Source: Chromatiales bacterium (GTDB lineage: Bacteria > Pseudomonadota > Gammaproteobacteria > SpSt-1174). From it: DNA of 64,000 bases. A program made the translations under genes and the position numbers. The notes under the pieces are model-generated. The model saw nothing but the letters and a program-made list of their open reading frames with translations, ran no database searches and was not told the DNA's origin. Positions 30,990 to 41,321 of this stretch are shown piece after piece. Location of the stretch: NCBI GenBank assembly GCA_014762505.1, contig JABURS010000018.1:3889-67888 (forward strand), given 5' to 3'. Each line of letters begins with the position of its first letter. Within the stretch, counting starts at the first letter, position 1.

Positions 30990-33659
30990 CTACGCCACCC
31001 GCCTTGCCAGTCCCCACAGGAGCTTACGCAGCTCCTCGATGACCAGCACGCTGGCGGCGATGCCGGTGGCCAGCAGCCAGTCGGCCAGGGCCAGGTCGGT
31101 AGTGCCGAAGATGGCCTGGGCCGGGGCCCAGTGCACGGCGACGACCTGCAGCAGGATCACGCCGGCCAGCGCGAGCCAGAGCTTGTGGTTGCGCAGGAAC
31201 TGGCGGTTGAAGGCCGTACCCTCCTCAGCCCGGGCGTTGAAGACGTTGAAGAACTGGAACAGCACGAAGGTGGTGAAGGCGAGCGTGACGGCGTAGTCGG
31301 TGCCGTTGAGCGCCAGGGCCCGGGTGAAGACGAACAGCGTGCCCACGGTCATGATGGTACCGAAGAGCAGCAGCCGCGCGAGCCGTGCCAGGGTGAGGAT
31401 CTGCGCACCGGGCCGGCGCGGGCGTTCCTCCATCAACCCGGGGCGGGCGGGCTCCACACCCAGGGTCATCGCCGGCGGACCATCCATGATGATGTTGATC
31501 CACAGCAGCTGGATGGCGGTGAACGGCATGGGCAGTGCCAGCAGCGTGGCGGTCAGCACGGTGAGGATGGCCGCGATGTTGGTGGAGAGCTGGAAGCGCA
31601 CGAACTTGACGATATTGTCGTAGATGACGCGCCCCTCCTCCACCGCGTGTTCGATGGTGACGACGTTGTCGTCGGTGAGCACCAGGGTGGCAGCCTCGCG
31701 GGTGACGGCCGTACCGGTGTCGCCCATGGCCACGCCGATGTCGGCGGCCTTGAGTGCCGGTGCGTCGTTCACGCCGTCGCCGGTCATGGCCACGACGTGA
31801 CCGTCGGCCTTGAGGGCGCGCACCAGCTTCACCTTGTGCTGGGGCGAGACGCGCGCGAACACGGCGATGGCATCGATGCGCCGGGCCAGCTCCGCCTCGG
31901 TCATGGCATCGAGCTCCGCACCCGTGATCACCTCGCCATCAAGCCGCAGCTCACGGGCCACGGCCGCTGCCGTCGCACGGTGGTCGCCGGTGATCATCTT
32001 CACCTGGATGCCGGCCTGCCGACAGCTGGCGATGGCGCCGGCCGCCTCGGGGCGTGGCGGGTCCATGAGCCCGACCAGGCCGAGGAAGGTCCATCCCTGT
32101 GCATAGGCCCAGAGGTCGCCCGCCGGGTCGAACCCGGCGGCCGGGATCTCCCGGCTGGCCACGGCCATCACGCGCATGGCCTGGTCGGCCAGGGCGTCGT
32201 TCTCCGCGAGCAGCGTCTCGCGCTGCGCGTCGTCCAGTGCCTGTGGGCCGGTGGCATCGGCGTAGTGGCTGGCACGCTCGAGCAACACGTCGGGCGCACC
32301 CTTCACATACATCACCACGTGGTCACCGCGATGATGGAAGGTGGCCATGAACTTGTGGGCCGAGTCGAAGGGGATCTCGGCCAGGCGCGGGTGACGTTCC
32401 TGTTCCGCCACCGGGTCCAGGCCGCCCTTTTGCGCCAGCACGTAGAGCGCGCCCTCGGTGGGGTCGCCGATGAGCCGGCCGTCGCGCACACGCGACTCGG
32501 TGCACAGCGCCATGGGCCGCAACAGCGGCGCGAGATCGAGATCGGCATCAGACGCGATCCGCCCCTCGGGCGCGTATCCCTCGCCGCTCACCGTGAAACG
32601 CTGCCCCGCATACCAGCCGGCACGTGCCGTCATCTGGTTGAGCGTGAGGGTGCCGGTCTTGTCGGTGCAGATCACGGTGGTGGCGCCCAGGGTCTCCACC
32701 GCCGAGAGGCGCTTGAGGATGGCGCGCTTGCGGGCCATGCGCCACATGCCGATGGCCAGCGTGACCGTGACCACCGCGGGCAGGCCCTCGGGCACCGCGG
32801 CCACCGCCAGCGCCACCGCCGTCATGGCCGCCTCGCTCCAGGGGATGCCGTGCCAGAGCGAGAGCGCGAAGATCGCGAGCACCACCACGGCCGCGATGGC
32901 CGCCAGACGCTTGCCGAGGACATCGAGCTGCTGCTGCAGCGGGGTCTGCCGGTCCGGCGCCTCGGCGATGAGCTCGGCGATGGCGCCCATCTCGGTGCGC
33001 ATGCCCGTGGCCACCACCAGCATCTCGCCACGCCCGCGCGTGACGACGGTATTCATGTAGAGCATGTTGCAGCGCTCGGCCAGCGGAAGCGTTGCCTGGT
33101 CGAGAGCCTCGGTAAACTTGCCCACCGCCTGCGACTCGCCGGTGAGCGCCGCCTCCTGCACCTCCAGGGTGTGGGCCGCGATGAGCCGTCCATCCGCCGG
33201 GACCTGGTCGCCGGCCTCGAGCAGCACCAGGTCGCCCGGCACGAGATCGGCGGCGGCCACCTCCTGCACGTGGCCGTCGCGCCGCACGCGCGCGGTGGGC
33301 ACGAGCATCTCCTTGAGGGCGGCGAGCGTGCGCTCGGCGCGGTGTTCCTGGTAGAAGCCCAGCAGGGCGTTGAGCAGCACCACCACGAGGATGACGATGG
33401 CGTCCTTGAGGTCGCCGATGGTCCAGGCGAGCACGGCGGCGAGCAGCAGCACCACGATGAGCACGCTGCGAAACTGGTCCAGCAGGCGCAGCCAGGCGGG
33501 CCGCGGCGGGGTCTCGGTGAGCCGGTTCGCGCCGACGCGTGCCCGGCGTTGCGCCACCTCGGCGGTGCCAAGGCCGGTCGCCGCGTCCGTATCCACGGCG
33601 CGCGCGGCCTCCTCCACCGTCAGGGTGTGCCAGGGCTGTTGCGAACCGTCGTCAGGCAT
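30990..33659 (-). CDS. Cation-transporting P-type ATPase (type II, Ca2+/Mg2+-like)
   Basis: 889 aa; phosphorylation motif ICTDKTGTLT, TGES, GDGVNDAPAL hinge; 10 TM-type topology. Confidence 0.92.
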   Translation of the reverse strand: MPDDGSQQPWHTLTVEEAARAVDTDAATGLGTAEVAQRRARVGANRLTETPPRPAWLRLLDQFRSVLIVVLLLAAVLAWTIGDLKDAIVILVVVLLNALLGFYQEHRAERTLAALKEMLVPTARVRRDGHVQEVAAADLVPGDLVLLEAGDQVPADGRLIAAHTLEVQEAALTGESQAVGKFTEALDQATLPLAERCNMLYMNTVVTRGRGEMLVVATGMRTEMGAIAELIAEAPDRQTPLQQQLDVLGKRLAAIAAVVVLAIFALSLWHGIPWSEAAMTAVALAVAAVPEGLPAVVTVTLAIGMWRMARKRAILKRLSAVETLGATTVICTDKTGTLTLNQMTARAGWYAGQRFTVSGEGYAPEGRIASDADLDLAPLLRPMALCTESRVRDGRLIGDPTEGALYVLAQKGGLDPVAEQERHPRLAEIPFDSAHKFMATFHHRGDHVVMYVKGAPDVLLERASHYADATGPQALDDAQRETLLAENDALADQAMRVMAVASREIPAAGFDPAGDLWAYAQGWTFLGLVGLMDPPRPEAAGAIASCRQAGIQVKMITGDHRATAAAVARELRLDGEVITGAELDAMTEAELARRIDAIAVFARVSPQHKVKLVRALKADGHVVAMTGDGVNDAPALKAADIGVAMGDTGTAVTREAATLVLTDDNVVTIEHAVEEGRVIYDNIVKFVRFQLSTNIAAILTVLTATLLALPMPFTAIQLLWINIIMDGPPAMTLGVEPARPGLMEERPRRPGAQILTLARLARLLLFGTIMTVGTLFVFTRALALNGTDYAVTLAFTTFVLFQFFNVFNARAEEGTAFNRQFLRNHKLWLALAGVILLQVVAVHWAPAQAIFGTTDLALADWLLATGIAASVLVIEELRKLLWGLARRVA

Positions 33660-33683
33660 TGCTCCCCCATGGCGGGTTTGCGT

Positions 33684-34274
33684 TCATCCCCAGTCGGCGC
33701 GCAGGGCCTCGCGGTTCAGGCGCAGCCACTGCAGGGCGATGATGGGTATGGCCGAATTGATGATGCCGCGATCGAGGAGCGCGAAGGCCTCCGCGGTATC
33801 GACCACGCGCACGCGGATGTCCTCGCCCTCCTCCGGCAGGCCGTGCAGGCCGCCAATACCCGTGCTATCGACCCGGCCCACGTAGAGGCTCAGCTGTTCG
33901 TCGGAGCTGCTCGGCGAGGGCAGGTAGTGATGGATGCGTTGCAGTGCCAGCAGTTCACAGCCGGCCTCCTCCAGCGCCTCGCGTCGGGCGACGTCTTCGG
34001 CAGCTTCCCCCGGCTCGATGATGCCGGCAATGATCTCGGTCAGCCAGGGACCGCCCTCGGCGGCCAGGGCGCCAATGCGAAACTGCTCGATGAGCACCAC
34101 CCGGTCGCTCAGCGGGTCGTAGGGCAGAACGGCCACCGCCGGGCGCTGGCTCAGTAGTTCGCGTTCGATGGGGCCGTTCATGCCGCCATCGAAGCGTGTG
34201 TGCCGCACCCGGTAGTGCAGGAACTCGAAGAAGCCGCGGTAGAGCGGACGCCGGCTGAGGATTTCCCACTTCAT
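33684..34274 (-). CDS. nudF: ADP-ribose pyrophosphatase (Nudix)
   Basis: Nudix box GIIEPGEAAEDVARREALEEAG; alignment with E. coli NudF including ALQWL C-terminus. Confidence 0.88.
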   Translation of the reverse strand: MKWEILSRRPLYRGFFEFLHYRVRHTRFDGGMNGPIERELLSQRPAVAVLPYDPLSDRVVLIEQFRIGALAAEGGPWLTEIIAGIIEPGEAAEDVARREALEEAGCELLALQRIHHYLPSPSSSDEQLSLYVGRVDSTGIGGLHGLPEEGEDIRVRVVDTAEAFALLDRGIINSAIPIIALQWLRLNREALRADWG

Positions 34275-34317
34275 ACCTGTGGTAGTGATTTCCCGGTGAG
34301 CGCCTATAATCGACCGA

Positions 34318-34620
34318 ATGGATGCGATAAGAACCAGCCTGCATGACCTGGTCGGCCGCCGGCTGGTATACGACGGCGTGGCCTGCCAGGTGATCGATGT
34401 GGTACACGACGGCCCTTACGTCGTGCTCTCCTGCGATGCCACGGTTGGCGTGATACAGGCCAACCAGTTCGGCGAGGCACGCCGCCGCGTGCCGCAGACC
34501 TACATGATCCCCCTGTGGAGCCAGGTGCGCGACGATCTGCACCCGGTGCTGCGCGAGCTGCTCAGCGTCGACGAATGCGACGCGCTCTGCGCCCTGGCCC
34601 GCTCAGCGCGCGGCCAGTAG
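34318..34620 (+). CDS. Hypothetical protein (100 aa), possibly leaderless
   Basis: TATAAT at 34305-34310, 7 bp upstream of the ATG; no SD; 3' end overlaps kdsB 3' end by 18 bp. Confidence 0.35.
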   Translation: MDAIRTSLHDLVGRRLVYDGVACQVIDVVHDGPYVVLSCDATVGVIQANQFGEARRRVPQTYMIPLWSQVRDDLHPVLRELLSVDECDALCALARSARGQ

Positions 34621-35358
34621 CGCCGCCACCGTCTTAGCGTCCTCCGGCGTGTCCACGCCATGCCCCGGTGCCTCCAGGGCCTCTCCCACGTAGATCCGCT
34701 CGCCGTGATGCAGCGCTCGCAGCTGTTCGAGCTGCTCGAGCAGTTCGAGGGTGCAGGGCTCCATGGTGGTGAAGCGGCGCAGGAAACCCACGCGATAGGC
34801 GTACAGGCCGATATGACGGAAGCAGGCCTTCACCTCGGGGTGGGCCTCCACGTCGAAGGCGTCGCGCTCCCAGGGGATGGCGGCACGGGAGAAATACAGC
34901 GCGTAGTTGTTCGCGTCGCGCACCACCTTCACCACGTGCGGATCGAACAGTTGCGTGGCGGAGTGGATGGGCGTGCACAGCGTGGCAATGCTGGCATCGG
35001 GGTGTGCGGCCAGGTCGTCGGCGACCTGGCGCACGATGCGGCCCGGCGTGAGCGGCTCGTCGCCCTGCAGGTTCACCACGATGTCGTCGTCGGACCAGCC
35101 GAGCGCCTCGGCCACCTCGGCCAGCCGGTCGCTGCCCGAACGATGCGTGCTGGCCGTCATGCACACGCTGGCACCGAAGGCCTCGGCGGCCTCGCGCACG
35201 CGGTCGTCGTCGGTGGCGACCACCACGTCGCCCACGCCGCTCTCCAGGGCGCGCTCGTGGACGTGACGGATCATCGGTTTGCCGGCCAGGTCGACCAGCG
35301 GCTTGCCCGGCAGGCGCGAGGAACCGAAGCGGGCCGGAATGGCGACATGAAACCTCAT
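34603..35358 (-). CDS. kdsB: 3-deoxy-manno-octulosonate cytidylyltransferase (CMP-KDO synthetase)
   Basis: [21 protein letters not shown]... full-length KdsB alignment. Confidence 0.95.
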   Translation of the reverse strand: MRFHVAIPARFGSSRLPGKPLVDLAGKPMIRHVHERALESGVGDVVVATDDDRVREAAEAFGASVCMTASTHRSGSDRLAEVAEALGWSDDDIVVNLQGDEPLTPGRIVRQVADDLAAHPDASIATLCTPIHSATQLFDPHVVKVVRDANNYALYFSRAAIPWERDAFDVEAHPEVKACFRHIGLYAYRVGFLRRFTTMEPCTLELLEQLEQLRALHHGERIYVGEALEAPGHGVDTPEDAKTVAALLAAR

Positions 35359-35546
35359 TTGCGGTAGCGCTCCGCTTCCTCGTCGGTGAGCCTGCGGGCC
35401 TCTTCCTCCAGCATCACCGGGATGCCGTCGCGCACCGGGTAGGCCAGGCGCGCGGCCACCGAGATGAGTTCCTCGGCCTTCTTGTCGTAGACCAGCGGCC
35501 CCTTGGTCACGGGGCAGGCCAGGATGTCCAGCAGTCGTTTATCCAT
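35355..35546 (-). CDS. ycaR: Trm112-like protein YcaR (UPF0434)
   Basis: [21 protein letters not shown]...[15 protein letters not shown]; conserved lpxK-ycaR-kdsB order. Confidence 0.85.
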   Translation of the reverse strand: MDKRLLDILACPVTKGPLVYDKKAEELISVAARLAYPVRDGIPVMLEEEARRLTDEEAERYRK

Positions 35547-36552
35547 GGGTGTCTCGTCGATATTTCGCATTGGCGCCCGCGATCTCGCGCACGCGTTTCA
35601 TGAGTTGTTGCGCGAAGGTCTTGTCGGGCGAGGCCGAGACGGGGACCATCCACGCATTGTCGAGATTCAGGTGGCGGCACTTCACGGCGTCCTTCTCCGT
35701 CATGAAGATGGGCAGTTCGTCGCCGAAATCGAGTTCCTCGGCGGTGAAGCCGTGGTGATCCGGGAAGGGATGCGGAATCACCTCGATGCCGTTGACGCGC
35801 AGCATATCAAAGAAGCGCTCGGGATGGCCGATGCCGGCCACGGCATGCACCTGCTGGTGACGGAAGGCATCGAGGGTATTGGCCATCTGGCTGTCGCGGA
35901 TGTTCACCGCGACGTTGCCGCGCAGCCCCATGGCGAACTCGCCCTGCTTCGCCATTCCGTTGACGATGACGAAGTCGCAGTCCGCAAGCCACGAGACGGG
36001 CGCGCGCAGGGGGCCGGCGGGCAGGCAGAAACCGTTGCCGAAACGCCGACGGCTGTCGACCATGGCGATCTCGATGTCGCGCTTGAGGCGGTAATGCAGG
36101 AGGCCGTCATCGACGATGAGCACGTCGACGCCATGCTCGGCCAGCAGCGCCCGGGCCGCCTTGTTGTAGCGTGGTGCCACGTAGACGGGGGCGCCGGTGC
36201 GCGTGGCGATCAGCACCGATTCGTCGCCGACCTCGCCGGCATCGCTGGCCGGCGTGACCCGCTGCGGCCAGTCCCGGCCGCTGCCGCCCTGCCCGCTGCT
36301 GACGACACCCGCACGCAGGCCGTTGGCCCGCAGCTGGTTCACCAGCCAGACCACCAGCGGCGTCTTGCCCGTCCCGCCCACGGTGATACCGCCCACCACC
36401 ACGACCACCGGCACCCTGAGCCGCGGCCAGATACGGTTGCGCTGGCGAAAAAGGCCCCGTCGCAACACCACCAGTCCGCAGTACAGTTTCGATGCCGGCC
36501 AGAGCAGGTAGGCCAGCAGCCCCTTCCTGTACCAGCTGGACTCGATCCCCAT
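35539..36552 (-). CDS. lpxK: Tetraacyldisaccharide 4'-kinase
   Basis: P-loop [12 protein letters not shown], 337 aa; overlaps ycaR start by 8 nt. Confidence 0.93.
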   Translation of the reverse strand: MGIESSWYRKGLLAYLLWPASKLYCGLVVLRRGLFRQRNRIWPRLRVPVVVVVGGITVGGTGKTPLVVWLVNQLRANGLRAGVVSSGQGGSGRDWPQRVTPASDAGEVGDESVLIATRTGAPVYVAPRYNKAARALLAEHGVDVLIVDDGLLHYRLKRDIEIAMVDSRRRFGNGFCLPAGPLRAPVSWLADCDFVIVNGMAKQGEFAMGLRGNVAVNIRDSQMANTLDAFRHQQVHAVAGIGHPERFFDMLRVNGIEVIPHPFPDHHGFTAEELDFGDELPIFMTEKDAVKCRHLNLDNAWMVPVSASPDKTFAQQLMKRVREIAGANAKYRRDTHG

Positions 36553-37706
36553 TACCAGTCAAATATCCTTTGCAGAAATTCGTCGATGGTCTTCTGCAAT
36601 GTCCGACGTTCCTCCCAGAACAGTCGTCGGCAGGCATCCCCCTGCCGCCGGCCCTCTGCCGGGGCCTCGCGATACCCGGCCCAGAGGGCGAGCACCGCCG
36701 TTGTATCCTCGCATTGCTGCAGGGCTTTCGCCAGTGCCGCGTGCAGGCGGGACAGTCCCGGGCGGATGCTGATGGCCGAACCACCGGCCAGCGCCGACCA
36801 CAGCGTGGTCTGCTCTGCCTGGGCCAGGTGGCCGGCATGGATGGCGCTCGCCACCGCGCCAGTCCAGCGCATGTCGTCCAGCCAGACCACGCTGCCGGCG
36901 GCAAGTGGCTGACGCTGCCAGTCGCTGATCTGCAGGTCCGCGCCGGCGTCCGCTGGTGCCGCCTGGCCGTCGGCGGAGACGAAGAGTACGCCGTTGTCGG
37001 CCAGCGCCGACTCGCGCCAGTGGCGGATGAAGTCACCGGCCTCTGCCGGCGGCCCCTGCCACCACCACAGTTCGCGCTCTTCCCCGCCGGTGACCAGGCT
37101 GCGCAGGGTGGTGTCCACCTGCGCCTCGACGAACAGGCTGTGCGGATCGGCCGGCGCGGCGACGTATCCCGCCGTGCCCGCCGCCTCCCAGGCCGCGGCC
37201 TGGGCCACGTCCACCGGGTAGGCGGCCTCGACCGGCGCCTGCCCCGGGGCGGTGTTGAAGGCGAGCAGGTGCGCCCCGGCGGCATTGGCCCGGCGCGCGA
37301 GGTGTTCGGGGAAGGCGCTGTCGACCAGGATCACGCCAAAGGGCTCGAAGCGTTGCCAGGTGCGGCGCACCGCCGCAGGCCGGTCGCAGGGGCCGAAGCC
37401 CAGGCCGATCTTGCGCATGCCGGCCACGCGCGGTTCGAGGATGTCGGCGTAGTCCTCCTCGAAGGTGAGCACCAGGCGCAGGTCGTGGCGTTTCTGCCGG
37501 ATCGCGCCCATCAGCTCGACGCCCAGACGCACGGAGTCGCGGGTGCCACCGGCCTTGATCCAGACGAGCCTGCCCTCGCCAGCCGGCGGACGCAGATAAC
37601 CCAGGCGCGCGTTGGCCCGGGCATGCTCGCCGCGCAGGCGGTCGCGCCAGGTCTGCAGGAACACACTGGACCAGGCGGCGCCGTAGCTCTTCGGGTTGCA
37701 GGACAT
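36552..37706 (-). CDS. WaaA(KdtA)-like Kdo-transferase N-terminal-domain protein, divergent (conserved motif altered)
   Basis: LVWIKAGGTRDSVRLGVELMGAIRQKRHDLRLVLTF ~ KdtA IMLHSVSVGETLAAIPLVRALRHRYPDLPITVTT; GFGPCDRPAAVRRTWQRFEPFGVILVDSAFPEHL ~ YLPYDLPDALNRFLNKVDPKLVLIMETELWPNL; stop/start overlap (TAATG) with lpxK. Confidence 0.65.
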   Translation of the reverse strand: MSCNPKSYGAAWSSVFLQTWRDRLRGEHARANARLGYLRPPAGEGRLVWIKAGGTRDSVRLGVELMGAIRQKRHDLRLVLTFEEDYADILEPRVAGMRKIGLGFGPCDRPAAVRRTWQRFEPFGVILVDSAFPEHLARRANAAGAHLLAFNTAPGQAPVEAAYPVDVAQAAAWEAAGTAGYVAAPADPHSLFVEAQVDTTLRSLVTGGEERELWWWQGPPAEAGDFIRHWRESALADNGVLFVSADGQAAPADAGADLQISDWQRQPLAAGSVVWLDDMRWTGAVASAIHAGHLAQAEQTTLWSALAGGSAISIRPGLSRLHAALAKALQQCEDTTAVLALWAGYREAPAEGRRQGDACRRLFWEERRTLQKTIDEFLQRIFDW

Positions 37707-37756
37707 GTCAGCTCAGCCGGCCACGCGGCCCGGCAGTGGCGCCACGGGGCACGGGG

Positions 37757-38176
37757 CTAGTCGCCCGCGCCACGCGTGGTGGCGATGGAGAGGCGCGTGA
37801 GGCCGGCCTTCTGGGCTGCGTCCATGGCCGTGACCACGGACTGGTGCGGGGTGTTGGCATCGGCGCGGATGATCACCGGCAGGTCCGTCTTGCCGGCGGC
37901 GGCCTTCTCCAGTGCGGTGCGCACCGTCTCCGCCTTGGTGTTTACCAGCTCGTTGCCGTTGAGGAAGTAGCTGCCGCTGGCGTCGATCACCAGCTCGAGC
38001 TTGTCCACCTGCTGCTCTTCCGGCGCCTGCGCGGCCTGCGGCAGGTTGATCTTGAGCTCGCTGGCGCGATCGAAGGTGGTGGTCACCATGAAGAAGATCA
38101 GCAGCAGGAACACCACGTCGATCAGCGGCGTGAGGTTGATGTCGACGCTCTCGCTGCGGCGCGGGCGGAAATTCAC
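37757..38176 (-). CDS. exbD: ExbD/TolR-family biopolymer transport protein
   Basis: NLTPLIDVVFLLLIFFMV TM plus periplasmic domain; 139 aa. Confidence 0.88.
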   Translation of the reverse strand: MNFRPRRSESVDINLTPLIDVVFLLLIFFMVTTTFDRASELKINLPQAAQAPEEQQVDKLELVIDASGSYFLNGNELVNTKAETVRTALEKAAAGKTDLPVIIRADANTPHQSVVTAMDAAQKAGLTRLSIATTRGAGD

Positions 38177-38811
38177 GCGGCCTGCTCCCGGCCCATGTCG
38201 GCCTGTTCGCGTTCACCGTGCATGACCTCGACCAGCTTGATGGCCTCCTGCTCCATCACCACCACCAGCTCGTCCACCTTGCCGCGGAAATAGCGGTGGA
38301 AGATGAGGCTGGGCACGGCCACGGAGATGCCGGTCGCGGTGGTGATGAGGGCCTCGGAGATACCCCCGGCGAGCTGGCCCGGATTACCCACGCCGACGTC
38401 GGTGATGACGCTGAATACGGTGATCATGCCGATGACGGTACCCAGCAGGCCGAGCAGCGGCGTGATGGCGGCGATGGTGCCCAGGGTGTTGAGGAACCGC
38501 TCGAGCTCGTGGGCGACGTGGCGGCCGGTCTCCTCGATGCCCTCCTTCATCACCTCGCGGCTGTGATTGCGGTTGACGAGGCCGGCGGCCAGTACGCGAC
38601 CCAGCGGCGAACCGGCGCGCAGCTCACGGATACGCTCCTCGGTGAGCTGCCCCTGCTGGGCCCACTGCCAGATCTGGGCGACCAGCTGGCGGGGGATCAC
38701 GCGCGAGCGCTTCAGGCTCCACAGCCGCTCGAGGACGATGGCGAGCGCCACCACGGAACATGCGATGATCGGCAGCATGAGCCAGCCGCCGGCCTTGATG
38801 ATCTCGAACAC
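38173..38811 (-). CDS. exbB: MotA/TolQ/ExbB-family proton channel
   Basis: GGWLMLPIIACSVVALAIVLERLWSL and PLLGLLGTVIGMI motifs; putative GTG start at 38809-38811 (alternative ATG at 38776-38778); 4-nt overlap with exbD. Confidence 0.8.
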   Translation of the reverse strand: MFEIIKAGGWLMLPIIACSVVALAIVLERLWSLKRSRVIPRQLVAQIWQWAQQGQLTEERIRELRAGSPLGRVLAAGLVNRNHSREVMKEGIEETGRHVAHELERFLNTLGTIAAITPLLGLLGTVIGMITVFSVITDVGVGNPGQLAGGISEALITTATGISVAVPSLIFHRYFRGKVDELVVVMEQEAIKLVEVMHGEREQADMGREQAA

Positions 38812-38884
38812 GCGCGAATCCCCTGTCGGTTCCTTGAAGTGGCGCCATGATACCCGATTGCCAGCGGTGACTGAATGCCGCCCG

Positions 38885-41218
38885 TCACAGTCCGTCGCGC
38901 CGGTGCCAGAAGCGTCGATACTGCTCGCGATGCGCGACCACCGGACCCGGGCCGGTCGATGACAGCGTGAACTGCAGGGCACCCGAACGCGCCGTCTCAT
39001 GCACCAACACGCCCCGCTCGGCATAGCGTGCCAGCACCTCGGGCTTGGGAAAGCCGAAGCGGTTGCGGTATCCCGCCGGCACCAGGGCCACCGAGGGTTG
39101 CACGGCATCGAGGAAATACGCCGTCGAGGAGGTGTTGCTGCCATGATGGGGCACCACCAGCACATCGCTGCGCAAGGCATCACCGTGTGCATGCACCAGC
39201 GCCCATTCCCCCTCCGCCTCGATGTCGGCAGCGAGCAGCACCGCCCGCCCACCGGCGCTCACCTGCAGCACACAGGAACCGTTGTTTTCCGAACCGCGAT
39301 AACGGGGGGTTGGGTGCAGGATCGCGAAATCCACCCCGTCCCACTGCCAGCGCTGGCCTGCCCGGCAGGGGCGCGCAACGGGCGAGACCGCCGTCGGCAC
39401 GCTGGCCAGCACCTCGCCCACCGGGATCTGCGCGAGCAGCGAGTCGGCCCCGCCGCGATGGTCGTTGTCGCCGTGGGAGATCACCAGCGTATCCACGGCG
39501 CCCTGCCCGCGATGACGCAGATAGGGCAGGACCACCGCCGCCCCGGTGTCGAAGTCCGGGCTGAAGCGCGGGCCGGTATCGAAGACGAGCAGGTGCTGCC
39601 GGGTCTCGATCACCGCCGCCAGTCCCTGGCCGACATCGAGCAGCGTGACGACCGCCTCGCCGGCAGCCGGCCGCTCCACCACCGGGAACAGCAGCGGCAG
39701 GCACAGCACCAGACCGAGCGGCCTCCCCGGCATGCCGCGTGGCAGCAGCAGCCAGGCGCTGCCCGCCACCGCCAGCAGCAGGACGAGCGGCGTGGGGGCC
39801 GGCCGGTGCCACAGCTGCAGCGGTTGCGCCGCCAGCAGCGACAGCAGCTGCCACAGGGGCTCGAAGACCGCCGATACCAGCTGCAGCAGGCACCCGGCCA
39901 GCGACGGCGACAGCGGCGCCATGAGGGTCGCGAGCAGCACCGGTGGCACCACCAGCAGGCTCACCCAGGGGACGGCGACGAGGTTGGCCAGCGGCGCACC
40001 CAGCGAGGCGCGCTGGAACCAGTAGGTGGTGAACGGCAGCAGGCCGATGGCCAGCAGGTACTGCGCCCGTATCCAGCCGCCGAGCTGTCGCCGCGCCCGT
40101 GTCGTGCGTGCGGGTACGGCCCCGGGCGGCAGCCGTCCGCGAAAGCCGAACAGCAGCAGGGCCACGGCCGTGAACGACAGCCAGAAGCCCGGTGCCAGCA
40201 CGGCCGTTGGATCCAGCAGCAGCACCGCCACCAGGGCGAGCGCCAGCCCCGTCGAGGCCTGCACCATGCGCCGCAGCAGGATCGCGCCGAACAGCACCGC
40301 CAGCATGATGAGTGCGCGCTGGGTCGGAATGGAGAAGCCCGCCAGTGCGGCATAGACCAGGGCCGCGAGCAGACCGCCGACGGCGGCCCAGCAGGGTGCT
40401 GGCCAGCGCAGTGCGAGCGCGGGCCAGCGGGCGACGAGCAGCCGCAACAGCCAGAAGGCCAGCCCGCCGACCAGGCCGATGTGCAGGCCGGAGATGGCAA
40501 CGAGGTGATTGGTGCCGGTGCGCAGCAGGACGTCCCAGCTCGCGGCATCGATGCGGGAACGGTCACCCAGCGCCAGGGCGAGCAGGATGCCGAAGTGCGG
40601 CAGTTCGCCGCCGGCCTCGGTCAGGCGCGCGCGCAGCCCGGCGCGCAGGCAGTCGAGCGGGTAGCCCCCCACCTCCAGGCGCCGGTTCTCGCCACGCTCG
40701 CGTACGTAGCCCGTGGCGCCGACACGCTGCTGAAACAGCCAGCCTTCATAATCGAAGCCGCCCGGGTTGTGAAACCCGTTCGGGCGCTTGAGGCGCACCG
40801 TCAATCGCCAGCGTTCGCCGGCCACCGGCATGGCCTCGCTGCGATACCAGCTCAGACGCAGACGCTGCGGCACGCCGGACGGCGCATCCACCGGCTCGAA
40901 CAGGAAACGCCGGGCATCGTGGCGCAGCTCGGTGAGGCCCCGCACATGGCCCTCGAGCACCAGGTCCTGCCCCTCCAGCGCCGGGTCGAGTAGCGGGTGC
41001 AGCACGAGGTGGGCGTGGAGCCAGGACCAGAGCAGGCCGATGGCCAGGCCGGCGCCCAGACGCACGACGGGACGCAGGCGGCGCTGCAGCCGGTGACGTG
41101 GAATGACGAGCAAGGCGAGCGCCGGCGGCAGCAGCATCGCCCAGAATGGCGAGGGCAGCGTGGCCGGTTGATGGGCCAGCCAGGTGCCGATGAGCAGGCC
41201 GATGGCGAAAAGGCGCAT
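38885..41218 (-). CDS. comEC: DNA internalization-related competence protein ComEC/Rec2
   Basis: 777 aa polytopic membrane protein with C-terminal metallo-beta-lactamase domain (VISHGDNDHRGG, VVPHHGS). Confidence 0.9.
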   Translation of the reverse strand: MRLFAIGLLIGTWLAHQPATLPSPFWAMLLPPALALLVIPRHRLQRRLRPVVRLGAGLAIGLLWSWLHAHLVLHPLLDPALEGQDLVLEGHVRGLTELRHDARRFLFEPVDAPSGVPQRLRLSWYRSEAMPVAGERWRLTVRLKRPNGFHNPGGFDYEGWLFQQRVGATGYVRERGENRRLEVGGYPLDCLRAGLRARLTEAGGELPHFGILLALALGDRSRIDAASWDVLLRTGTNHLVAISGLHIGLVGGLAFWLLRLLVARWPALALRWPAPCWAAVGGLLAALVYAALAGFSIPTQRALIMLAVLFGAILLRRMVQASTGLALALVAVLLLDPTAVLAPGFWLSFTAVALLLFGFRGRLPPGAVPARTTRARRQLGGWIRAQYLLAIGLLPFTTYWFQRASLGAPLANLVAVPWVSLLVVPPVLLATLMAPLSPSLAGCLLQLVSAVFEPLWQLLSLLAAQPLQLWHRPAPTPLVLLLAVAGSAWLLLPRGMPGRPLGLVLCLPLLFPVVERPAAGEAVVTLLDVGQGLAAVIETRQHLLVFDTGPRFSPDFDTGAAVVLPYLRHRGQGAVDTLVISHGDNDHRGGADSLLAQIPVGEVLASVPTAVSPVARPCRAGQRWQWDGVDFAILHPTPRYRGSENNGSCVLQVSAGGRAVLLAADIEAEGEWALVHAHGDALRSDVLVVPHHGSNTSSTAYFLDAVQPSVALVPAGYRNRFGFPKPEVLARYAERGVLVHETARSGALQFTLSSTGPGPVVAHREQYRRFWHRRDGL

Positions 41219-41321
41219 TTTCCGATCCCTGGAAAATCATGGATAATGTGGCTGCCACACCCAGGCCCGCGTCAGTCGGGCCCTATACAACAGACGACGA
41301 GCCGGACTATCTAGCCCCAGC

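Noticed and set aside
38812-39252. Upstream extension of the exbB ORF to 359 aa
   Set aside because: The extension lacks homology and would overlap comEC. The ExbB homology begins at VFEIIKAGGWLMLPII (GTG at 38809-38811).
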